Translations under genes and position numbers: made by a program
Assembly (NCBI RefSeq): GCF_006345805.1
Contig: NW_021827896.1
Coordinates: forward strand, 1-9,710
DNA length: 9,710 nucleotides
Direction of reading: 5' to 3'
Source: Octopus sinensis
Lineage: Eukaryota
The notes under the pieces: model-generated
What the model was told of the DNA's origin: nothing
Databases searched by the model: none
Seen by the model: the letters and a program-made list of their open reading frames with translations, nothing else
Part shown: positions 1-7,761 of the stretch, in pieces
Layout of the letters: each line of letters opens with the position of its first letter
How positions within the stretch are numbered: the stretch's first letter is position 1

Positions 1-63
1 GTTGTCCTTGTTGTTGCTGTTGCAGCTGTTGCTGCTGCTGCTGCTGCTGCTTCTGTTGTTGTT
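1..63. repeat. Compound trinucleotide microsatellite (GTT)n/(GCT)n, cut by the window edge
   Basis: Directly visible gttgttgctgttgcagctgttgctgctgctg...; explains the poly-Leu ORF 2..235. Confidence 0.9.
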
Positions 64-251
64 AAACCCCAGGTCATCCCTTACGATCAATACTACTTCA
101 GCTGGGATCATCCCCCCCCCCGTTCTCTTGCATGCAGTAAACCCTAAGCTACATTATCCAACACTAGGCAAAACCGACAAACTGGCTGACGCTATTTGTT
201 GTAGCTCTTCACTTTTTGAATTCAAATCACGCTAAAGAACAATTTTACCAG

Positions 252-283
252 TCATCTTCGCGGGGTCGATATAATAAACCAGT
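252..283 (+). mobile_element. Short degenerate remnant of the SINE central (CORE-like) domain
   Basis: tcatcttcgcggggtcgatataataaaccagt aligns by eye to the reverse complement of the 7929-8516 unit (tcatcctttcgggatcgattaaataagtaccagt). Confidence 0.35.
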
Positions 284-599
284 CCAGAAGCTGAAATATT
301 AGTGGAATTGCCAGGGAACAAGACACTCTCCATGCAAGTATGACGTACATGTTTGCATCTGGTCATCAAAATGGCTTCTTGTAAAATACAGGAAGGTAAG
401 ATGAGGAACCATCTTTGTATTCCCAAAAGATTCTTTGATCAGATCCTCGTTATGACACCATGAACACTTCCAAATTATATTTCCGATCATATGAACCTCT
501 TCGAATATTATTCTAGCAAGTCTAAATTGATTCCTTTTGTGCCTCTATTCTCTTATTTTGTATTTCTCTTAATATGTTATGTTGTTGTTATTTCTGCTA

Positions 600-720
600 C
601 GCAGGAGCGACTGCTGGTCTTCCGTATAAACAGCCTTGTCCGGACTTGTGCCTCATAGGGTAACTTTCTAGGTGCAATCTCATGGTCATCCGTGATCGAA
701 GGAGGTCTTTACCCTTTTTA
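600..720 (+). mobile_element. Probable 3' end of an interspersed retroposon (SINE/LINE tail ending ...ggtctttaccctttt)
   Basis: GC-richer block in AT-rich flank. The stretch gggtaactttctaggtgcaatc...catggtca...gaagg.ggtctttaccc resembles, from memory, an abundant octopus repeat. No second copy lies in the window, so the family and strand are tentative. Confidence 0.4.
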
Positions 721-807
721 CGAGCTTATTTTGCTTAATGGTTCATCCAGCACTGAGCTTAGATAACAGGAAACTAAAACTAAATTTGCTTTGCACTACT
801 CTTCTAG

Positions 808-1047
808 ATTGGCATATTTCGGTCATATTATGCGGAGAAAATCCCTGGAGAAGGACATCATGCTCGGAATGGTTGGTGGCAAGAGAGGAAGAGGCCGACC
901 AAGAACCCGCTGGCTTGACACCATCAAGAGTGATACCGGAATGGATATAGCCAATCTGAAAGATGCGGCCCAGGATAGAACTGACAGGAGGACACTGATC
1001 CAACGAGTGACCGAGAGTCGACTTCGACTGAGCGGATAGATAGATAG
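808..1047 (+). mobile_element. 5'-truncated RTE/BovB-clade LINE: C-terminal ~77 codons of the ORF plus an (ATAG)3 tail, flanked by a 10-bp TSD
   Basis: The translation LAYFGHIMRRKSLEKDIMLGMVGGKRGRGRPRTRWLDTIKSD...AQDRTDRR..RVTESRLRLSG* matches the typical RTE C-terminus (YFGHxMRR, LEKxxMLG, GxRxRGRPRxRWxD, DRxxWR). The stop TAG at 1037-1039 lies in the tail repeat. ACTCTTCTAG is duplicated at 798-807 and 1048-1057. Confidence 0.93.
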
Positions 1048-1470
1048 ACTCTTCTAGGATCGATAAAATATAGCTGGTGGTCTATAACGATTTTTAAAAA
1101 AGAGGTTGCGAAATCGCCATATTTAAGAAAGTTAAAGAAGATTTTAAACTTGTCTAACTCCTTGGCATACAAAGAAGAATTACATAGGTGCACACACTAT
1201 TTTGTTGACTAATTTATAAAGAAGAAAGGGTGAACCAAAATTTCCCGAAGGTTTTTTTTCTTTTTCTATTCGGGGTCGGTGCCTGGTAGATGTCAGTTTG
1301 AGAAACACAGCTATGAAGTATCCCAGATGTGAAGTGAAAATATAATAAAACACTAACTTTCTTTTTCATATTTCCGGCGTCAAAAAATTAGCACCTGTCA
1401 AATACTGCAGTAGATTTAATGTTTCTTTAATGTATCCCAGGTGTTTACAGAAATTACAAGAGAAAATTAC

Positions 1471-1580
1471 CTTTGTCTTTCATTTTTTTCAGGTCGTTCA
1501 TATAAAGTACCAGTAAAATACTGGAACCGATTTAATGCCTCTAAATTCAAGACTTGCGTCTGTTAGAATTGTCATTATTC
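1471..1580 (+). mobile_element. Old degenerate SINE fragment (CORE-like domain plus tail)
   Basis: ctttgtctttcat (1471-1483) and aagtaccagt (1505-1514) match, in order and spacing, ctttgcctttcat...aagtaccagt in the reverse complement of the 7929-8516 unit. Confidence 0.6.
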
Positions 1581-1840
1581 AGTAGTCGTATTTTTATCAC
1601 GTGCTTTCACTACCGAGCGCAGCTCTATGTGTCTTGGGTATGTGCTGTGGTTTGTTGTGGTGCTCTTATTTTCACTGTGTTGAAAGTGTTTTACTTAGGA
1701 TGTGTGCGATGCCTAGTAGTGCTATTTTTTGTATGTTATATACATTCGTAAGCCCTGGTGATTTGGTTATGCATTTGTCTGAACGTTTTTTTAATCATAC
1801 CTAATGCACCTATTATTATAGAAATTGTTTCTGTTTTTAG

Positions 1841-2100
1841 GATTATTATTATTATTATTGAGTGAGCGAGCAGAGCATGCCATCAAAGTGACACTGGGGT
1901 AAAATATACGAAGCCCAGTATACCCATCATGACTACCCGTCTGATAAGGGTACACCAGGCACATACATCACAACCATATGTGCGCGACATGGTGATTTCA
2001 TATCAAGATAAACAGCACATGACCTTGCAGGTGGAGCCCAGTTAGAATTTTCTTCAGATCGAGTAACCCATCCTGCTCAAAAGGACCCTGAATAAGGGTT
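1841..2100 (-). mobile_element. 5'-truncated retroposon 3' end with a (TAA)n tail, sitting in an (ATT)n tract
   Basis: Complex ~240-bp block bounded on both sides by (ATT)n. It has short internal stem-loops (actggg 1893-1898/cccagt 1914-1919; taccc 1934-1938/gggta 1948-1952). Recalled as a high-copy octopus repeat; family not assigned. Confidence 0.6.
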
Positions 2101-2108
2101 TTATTATT

Positions 2109-2144
<36 letters not shown>

Positions 2145-2165
2145 ATTATTATTGTTAGTATTATT

Positions 2166-2201
<36 letters not shown>

Positions 2202-2205
2202 ATTG

Positions 2206-2253
<48 letters not shown>

Positions 2254-2271
2254 CATTATTATTATTATTAT
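2101..2271. repeat. Compound (GTT)n/(ATT)n microsatellite
   Basis: Directly visible; source of the poly-L/poly-Y ORF 2110..2316. Confidence 0.95.
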
Positions 2272-2305
2272 TCAGGTCACTGTCTGAATCGAACTCGGAA
2301 TCTTG
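2272..2305 (-). mobile_element. Fragment of a tRNA-derived SINE head (B-box only)
   Basis: The reverse complement of 2286-2296 is GAGTTCGATTC, a Pol III B-box-like motif, next to the (ATT)n tract. No A-box is visible. Confidence 0.4.
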
Positions 2306-2744
2306 GCGCTACTTGACGTAAATAAAACTTGGTTTGATTCTTCTCGGGCATTTTCATTTCACACGAGACTTCAAAGAACTACTATATTTGCCTAAGTTAT
2401 TTAGACAGGTCCGATGATTGTAAGATTTTTCCTCTTGTTTTTTTTTTTTTTTACATGAAACCGGTAGTTCCCGGCAAATAAATAATTGCATTATACCTTT
2501 TAATAAATAAATATTTTACTGTACATTTAAATTGTGTCCATACATAACACAACACGAACATAACTTACACACACGCGCGTGCATGCGCACACACACATAC
2601 ACACATGCAGGCGTATGTGTATCGACTGTCAGTAACGTCTCCTACCATATGTAGTCATAAAGTGTTTATTAATTACCTTTGACGTCTCTCGAATGTTTCG
2701 GCAATGTCTTTTCCATATCGTAGTGTTGTTAATGGTATTAGTTC

Positions 2745-2762
2745 CTGTGGTGATTGTGTATG

Positions 2763-2794
<32 letters not shown>

Positions 2795-3432
2795 GGTGGT
2801 GGTGGTGGTTGGAGTGACGGAGGTATTAGCTGTAGCGTTGGTGATAGTATTAATGGTCGTGTTAGATGAGGTATTGTTGTAGTTGGTAGTGTTAGCGATA
2901 GTGGAGGTGGTAGTGGTGGTGGTGATGGTGGTATTGTTTGATGGTAGTGGTTGTGGTGGTAGTGATAGTAGGGATGGTGGAGATGGCTCTGGCGGTGTTG
3001 TTAGCGGTAGTGTTGATAGTTTTGGTGGTTGTGTTGGTGTTAAAGCTAGTTGTAGCGTTAGTGGTGGTGGTGGTGGCCGTGGCGGTTGTAGTGGTGGTGG
3101 TGGTGGTATTGTTTGATGGTAGTGGTTGTGGTGGTAGTGATGTGGAGATGGCTGTGGCGGTAGTGTTAGCGGTAGTGTTGGTAGTTTTGGTGGTTGTGTT
3201 GGTGTTAAAGTTAGTTGTAGTGTAAGCGGTGGTGGTGGTGGTGGTGGTGGTGGCGGTTGTGGTGGTGGTGATGGTGGTGGTGGTTGTGGTGGCAGTGGTG
3301 ATGATAACGTTAGTTGTGACGTTAGTAATGATGGTGGCAGTGGTGTTGTTGATGACTGTGGTAGTATGGTGGTAGTGTTGATGATGCTGATGATGATGAT
3401 GATGCTGCTGATGATGTCTGTGCTACTGATCA
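2745..3432. repeat. GGT/GTT/GAT-rich degenerate trinucleotide tract containing a ~175-bp tandem duplication
   Basis: tattgtttgatggtagtggttgtggtggtagtgat starts at 2932 and again at 3107. Both copies continue with ggagatggct...gttagcggtagtgttg.tagttttggtggttgtgttggtgttaaag.tagttgtag. Confidence 0.9.
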
Positions 3433-3439
3433 TCACGAT

Positions 3440-3545
3440 AGCGGCGATGTCAGTAGTTCAGCTCAAACATGGCTGCCTAATGACGTCATCAGTCGGTGTC
3501 AGATAACTTCCTCAGATAAAGTTACAATTATTCTCGACGTCGTCT
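3440..3545. promoter_or_regulatory. Candidate cis-regulatory module
   Basis: About 100 bp of unique, CpG-containing sequence between two low-complexity tracts. It contains a YY1-like AACATGGC (3466-3473), a perfect CRE palindrome ATGACGTCAT (3480-3489), two AGATAA (3501-3506, 3514-3519) and an ETS-like ACTTCCT (3506-3512). Motif matches only. Confidence 0.4.
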
Positions 3546-4040
3546 CATTCTTTCTCTCTCCTTCTCTCCTTCCTCTCTCGTGCAAATTTCTTCTTCTCTC
3601 TGCTCCACCCCACCCCTCACCCTTAATTCCTCACTCCATCTTTTCTTCGCGTCAGTCTTTCTTCTCTTCAGTTTTTACCTTCTTATCTCTCCCATTCGCA
3701 CTTTTCATTCTTAATGTCTCGCTTCCTTGTCTCTTAATCACCTTTCTCTGTTGTTGCTCTCCTTTTTCTTTCGTTCTCGAATTTACCTCTTCCTCCATTT
3801 TTTGTTCTCTCATACTTCATTTTTCACTTTCGTCCCGCTTTCGCTTCTCTCTTATTCGTCATTATCTCTTTTCTACATTTTCTCGCCCTTCTCAAATTCT
3901 CACTATCTTTATTCTCTCTCCTCTCTCTTGTTCTCCATTTTCTTCATTTTCTACCATTCCTACTTTCTCTTCCCCATGTCTGTCGTTCTTTCTTCTTCAT
4001 TATCGTTCGACCTCCATAATTTCTCTCTCCTTCATCTCTT
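3546..4040. repeat. ~500-bp polypyrimidine (CT-rich) low-complexity tract
   Basis: The plus strand is overwhelmingly C/T (degenerate TC/TTC repeats); source of the S/F/L-rich ORF 3727..4047. Confidence 0.9.
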
Positions 4041-4075
4041 TATATAGCTCAATATAAATGTTTATATATAACAAA

Positions 4076-4474
4076 CTAGCAGTATCGCCCGGCGTTGCTC
4101 GGGTTTGTAAGGGAAATAACTATATAAGCATTTTTAGAGAGTTATAGCCAAAAAATAGCAAAAAATGCATTAAAAATGGAAAAAAAATTATGGTAAATTT
4201 TTTTTTAAATCGTTGACTCATCGTAGACATTTTTAGAGAGTTACTTCCTTTATATAATAGCGAAAAAATGCATTAAAATGGAAAAAAAAATGATGGTAAA
4301 TTTTTTTTAAAATCGTAGACTCATCGTAGACGCGCGCTAATACCCAGAAGGGCTCGATATGAATCACGACTATCAGATACCCGGTTTTGGTTAAACTGCA
4401 CCGCAAAATGTGGGAGTAGTTAGGAATCTAAATCGTAGGAGACAGACAGACAACCTCACTTTTATATATAAAGA
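4076..4474 (-). mobile_element. Complete non-autonomous Helitron (399 bp)
   Basis: The minus strand reads A|TCTTTATATATAAAAGTG...CCCGAGCAACGCCGGG-8 nt-CTAG|T. That gives a 5' TC, a 3' CTAG, a GC-rich subterminal hairpin (4088-4103), insertion between A and T, and no TSD. It has a short (GACA)n near the 5' end (4441-4452) and an internal ~100-bp duplication (4129-4227/4228-4330). Confidence 0.88.
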
Positions 4475-4798
4475 TATTTACGGGTATCTGACGAGCTCTT
4501 TGTCGGCGAAACCACGGCATCACAGTCACTTAGCATTTCATTGAATATAATATCTATTTAAGGCTGATTAAAACATAAATATATTCTTTTTTTATTTGTT
4601 TCAGTCATTTGAATATGGCCATGCTGGAGCACCGTTTGAAGTGTTTTTGTCGAATAATTCGACCCTGGGGTTTGCTTTTTAAGCCGAGTACTTATTCTAT
4701 CGTTCTCTTTTGCCGAACTGTTAAGTTACAGGGACGCAAACACACCAACACTGGTTGTCAAGCGATGATGGGGTTAGGGGTAAAAGCACAGACTCAAA

Positions 4799-5102
4799 GT
4801 GGAGGAACATGGCCTAGTGGTTAGAGCAGCGGACTCGCGGTCGAGGGATCGCGGGCTCGAATCTCAGACCGGGTGATGTGTGTGTTTATGACCGAAACAC
4901 CTAAGCTCCACGCGGCTCCGGCAGAAGGTAATGGCGAAACTTCTGCAGACTCTTTTGCCACAACTTTCTCTCACTCTTTCCTCCTGCATCTTGCAGCTCA
5001 CCTGCGACGGACCGGCGTCCCGTCCAGGTGGGGAACCTATACGCCAAGGAAACCGGGAAGCCGGCCCTTATGAGCCAGGTGTGGCTCGAGAAGGAACAAA
5101 CA
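4799..5102 (+). mobile_element. Full-length tRNA-derived SINE 'B' nested in SINE A
   Basis: A-box TGGCCTAGTGG (4810-4820), B-box-like GGGCTCGAATCTC (4853-4865), 3' hairpin GAGCCA-GGTG-TGGCTC (5072-5087) and an AAC-rich tail. Imperfect TSD ACAGACTCAAA (4788-4798)/ACAGATACAAA (5103-5113). Confidence 0.88.
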
Positions 5103-5128
5103 ACAGATACAAAGGCACACACACAAGC

Positions 5129-5183
<55 letters not shown>

Positions 5184-5184
<1 letters not shown>

Positions 5185-5277
5185 GTGGGGTGGCGTCATT
5201 CGAAGGCTAAAACAATGCGAACGCATTGTGACCAGCGATGTGTAACTACATCTGATGGACTGGTCGGTCACGGATCG
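5184..5277 (+). mobile_element. ~90-bp retroposon 3'-end fragment inserted in a (TA)n tract
   Basis: Complex block (ggggtggcgtcattcgaaggctaaaacaatgcg...tggtcggtcacg) flanked on both sides by (TA)n. Recalled as an octopus SINE tail; not verifiable within the window. Confidence 0.55.
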
Positions 5278-5369
5278 TATATATATATATATATACTATA
5301 TATATAATATATATTATTATAATATATATATATAATATATATATCACGTGGTCACGTGATATATATATA
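5278..5369. repeat. (TA)n tract ending in a 34-bp near-perfect palindrome with two CACGTG
   Basis: ATATATATATCACGTG (5335-5350)-GT-CACGTGATATATATAT (5353-5368). Confidence 0.85.
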
Positions 5370-5619
5370 CGACAGGCTTCTTTCAGTTTCCGTCTACCAA
5401 ATCCACTCACAAGGCTTTGGTCGGCCCGGGGCTATAATAGAAGACACTTGCCCAAGTTTCATGCACTGCCTTCCTCTCTCTTTCTCAGTTAACCACACAT
5501 CCACCACCCCGCCATTTCATCTCCCATCGCCTTACTTCCTTTCCGTTCTGACAAAATCTCGAAACGAAGCTGTTTAATTCTTAATCACTCCGGGATTTAG
5601 TGCGGGATCATTCTCTTTT

Positions 5620-6565
5620 GTGAGTGAGTTAGTGGGTGTGTGAGCGAGTGAGTGAGTGAATGAGTGAGTGGAGGCGCAATGGCCCAGTGGTTAGGGCAGC
5701 GGACTCGCGGTCATAGGATCGCGGTTTCGATTCCCAGACCGGGCGTTGTGAGTGTTTATTGAGCGACGAAAACACCTAAAGCTCCACGAGGCTCCGGCAG
5801 GGGATGGTGGTGGATACCTGCTGTACTCTTTCACCACCAACTTTCTCTCATCTTACTACTTTCTTTTCTGGTGTCCTGTATTTCAAGGGCCCGGCCTTGT
5901 CACTCTCTGTGCACCTGAATATCCCCGAGAACTACGTTAAGGGTACACGTGTTGTGGAGTTCTCAGCCACTTACACGTTAATTTCACGAGCAGGCTGTTC
6001 CGTTGATTCGGATCAACCGGAACCCTCGTCGTCGTAACCGACGGAGTGCTTCCATCCATTAAGAATGAGTGAGTGAGTGAGTGAGTGTGTGAGTGAGTGA
6101 GTGAGTGAGTGAATGAGTGAGTGAGTGAGCGAGTGAGTGAGTGAGTGAGTGAGTGAGTGAGTGAGTGAGCGAGTGAGCGAGTGAATGATTGAGCGAGTGA
6201 GTGAGTGAGTGAGTGAGGGAATGAGTGAGTGAGTGAGTGAGTGAGTGAGTGTGTGAGTGAGTGAAGGAGTGAGTGAATGAGTGAATGAGTGAGTGAGTGA
6301 GTGAGTGAGCGAGTGAGTGAGTGAGTGAGTGAGGGAATGAGTGAGTGAGTGAGCGAGTGAGTGAATGATTGAGCGAGTGAGTGAGTGAGTGAGTGAGTGA
6401 GTGTGTGAGTGAGTGAGTGAGTGAGTGAGTGAATGAGTGAATGAGTGGTGAGTGAGTGAGTGAGTGAGTGAGTGAGTGAGTGAGTGAGTGAGTGAGGGAA
6501 TGAGTGAGTGAGTGAGCGGTGAGTGAATGAGTGAGTGAGTGAGTGAGTGAGTGAGTGAGCGAGCG
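5620..6565. repeat. (GAGT)n tetranucleotide array with GAAT/GAGC variants, split by SINE C (5620-5667 and 6063-6565)
   Basis: Directly visible, ~550 bp in total. Confidence 0.95.
5668..6062 (+). mobile_element. Full-length tRNA-derived SINE 'C' inserted in a (GAGT)n microsatellite
   Basis: Starts GTGGAGG like SINE B. A-box TGGCCCAGTGG (5680-5690), B-box GGTTTCGATTCCC (5723-5735), two 3' stem-loops (5997-6023, 6025-6046) and a (TCCA)2 tail. Candidate TSD GAATGAGTGA (5658-5667/6063-6072), ambiguous inside the microsatellite. Confidence 0.9.
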
Positions 6566-7253
6566 ATTGTGTATGAGTTCAGGTGTATATGTATGTATGA
6601 ATGTATGTATGTATAACTATATTATATATGGGTGTACACGAGTATGTATGTGTATATGCTTGTATGTATGTATATGTGTGTGTGCGCATGCGTATGTGTG
6701 AGTCATCTGTTAGTGATTGTATATATTTGAATGAACGTGCGTGTATGTGTATGACCATGTGTGTAAGTATTTGTATGTTTGAATGAGTATTTGTCTGTGC
6801 ATATTTGAATGTATGAGTGTACGTGTGTGTGTGTGTGTGTGTGTATTTGAATATGTGTGTGTGTACGTGTATGTATGTACATGTATGTATCCATCTGTAT
6901 TTACGCGTGCCTCTATGTATGTATGTTGTGTGTGCGTGTACGTGTGTGTGTGTGTTTGTGTGAACGCGTTTGTGTGTGTGTGTGTGTGTTTGTGTGAGTG
7001 CTTGTGCGTGTGTGTGTGGTGTGGTTGTGATAGTGGTGGTGGTGGTGATGTGTGTGTGTGTGTGTGTGTGTGTTTGTGTGAGTGCTTGTGCGCGTGTGTG
7101 GGTGGTGTAGTTGTGGTGGTGGTGTTGTATGTATGTGTGTGTGTGTGTGTGAACGCGTTTGTTTGTGTGTGTGTTTGTGTGAGTGCTTGTGCGCGTGTGT
7201 GGGTGGTGTGGTTGTGATAGTGGTGGTGGCGGTGATGTGTGTGTGTGTGCGTG
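6566..7253. repeat. Compound (GTAT)n/(GT)n/(GGT)n tract with higher-order duplication
   Basis: gaacgcgttt at 6962 and 7151 (period 189); gagtgcttgtgcg at 6996, 7080 and 7181. Confidence 0.92.
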
Positions 7254-7259
7254 TAGTTA

Positions 7260-7500
7260 CGCTGAACCCAAACTACCTTATCTCATGTGACCACCAACCT
7301 CCACCTCGTACGTTCGCTCGATTGTGTTACGCGCCGCCGCCGCTGCCACCAACCAACCAACCAGCCAGCCAGCCAGCCAACCAGCGCCTTGCACCTCCCA
7401 CTGAACCTGTCAAGATTTATGTCACACTTGGCTGATGTCACCGGCTGAGGACCGCCATTTGTAAACACATCGTCTGCCATTTTCACTGTCTGTGTGGGGA
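7260..7500. promoter_or_regulatory. GC/CpG-rich unique island; candidate promoter or enhancer
   Basis: GATA TTATCT (7278-7283) overlapping an M-box-like TCATGTGAC (7283-7291), (CCG)n, three TGTCA (7408, 7420, 7436), YY1-like CCGCCATTT (7452-7460) and CTGCCATTTT (7474-7483), and forkhead TGTAAACA (7460-7467). Motif matches only. Confidence 0.4.
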
Positions 7501-7629
7501 GGGTGTTTCATCTTTGTGAGAGCGAATAGCTAAAATACCAACGGCAGAGTTTAGTTTATAAATCACAAGTTTCATCAATCACGTGAAATAATATTTTGAT
7601 AAGCATCGGATATATCTTCTTCCTTTTCT

Positions 7630-7731
7630 AGAAGACCTCGGTGATATCGCTTCCACAGACGGTAGGACAGTTCACCAGACAGCACCATACTAAACTTCAC
7701 CAGAAGACCTCGTTGATATCATTTACACAGA
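7630..7731. repeat. Degenerate 72-bp direct repeat; a further copy lies at ~8940-9000
   Basis: 7630-7659 vs 7702-7731 match 26/30; 7664-7695 vs 8969-9000 match 28/32. Confidence 0.8.
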
Positions 7732-7761
7732 TTATAGTAAAACAAGACGGTCATACACAGC

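Larger units (their letters stand above)
4582..5456 (-). mobile_element. SINE 'A' (head truncated) with an internal CA/TA microsatellite; host of two nested insertions
   Basis: Its 3' tail (4582-4640) is the reverse complement of the isolated tail at 9433-9489. 4650-4705 aligns with the CORE-like part of the 7929-8516 unit. 5370-5456 is the reverse complement of 8650-8740. Joining 4582-4798 to 5103-5456 as one element rests on the imperfect TSD of the intervening SINE and on recall of the family structure. Confidence 0.75.

Noticed and set aside
300-400. Possible exon ending at the donor-like AAG|GTAAGA (~395)
   Set aside because: No clear upstream acceptor with a pyrimidine tract, and no recognisable peptide in any frame.
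791-1039. 82-aa ORF as an independent gene
   Set aside because: The TTG start and first codons come from flank and TSD; it is a LINE fragment lacking the RT domain and promoter.
2738-3436. 232-aa Pro/Thr-rich ORF (extensin/mucin-like) and the overlapping Gly/Val-rich ORFs
   Set aside because: They arise from a stop-poor GGT repeat. The duplicated block is read in different frames, and there are no domains or convincing splice boundaries.
3546-4040. Hydrophobic 'membrane protein' ORF 3727..4047 and possible H-DNA
   Set aside because: The ORF is a composition artefact, and I could not find a long mirror repeat to support a triplex.
4373-4491. 11-bp inverted repeat TCAGATACCCG (4373-4383)/CGGGTATCTGA (4481-4491)
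   Set aside because: One arm is inside the Helitron and one outside, there is no TSD, and it does not complete a hammerhead fold in the right register. Probably chance.
4799-4872. Possible tRNA genes here and at 5668-5742
   Set aside because: A/B boxes are present, but there is no good acceptor stem or oligo-T terminator, and both run on into shared SINE bodies.
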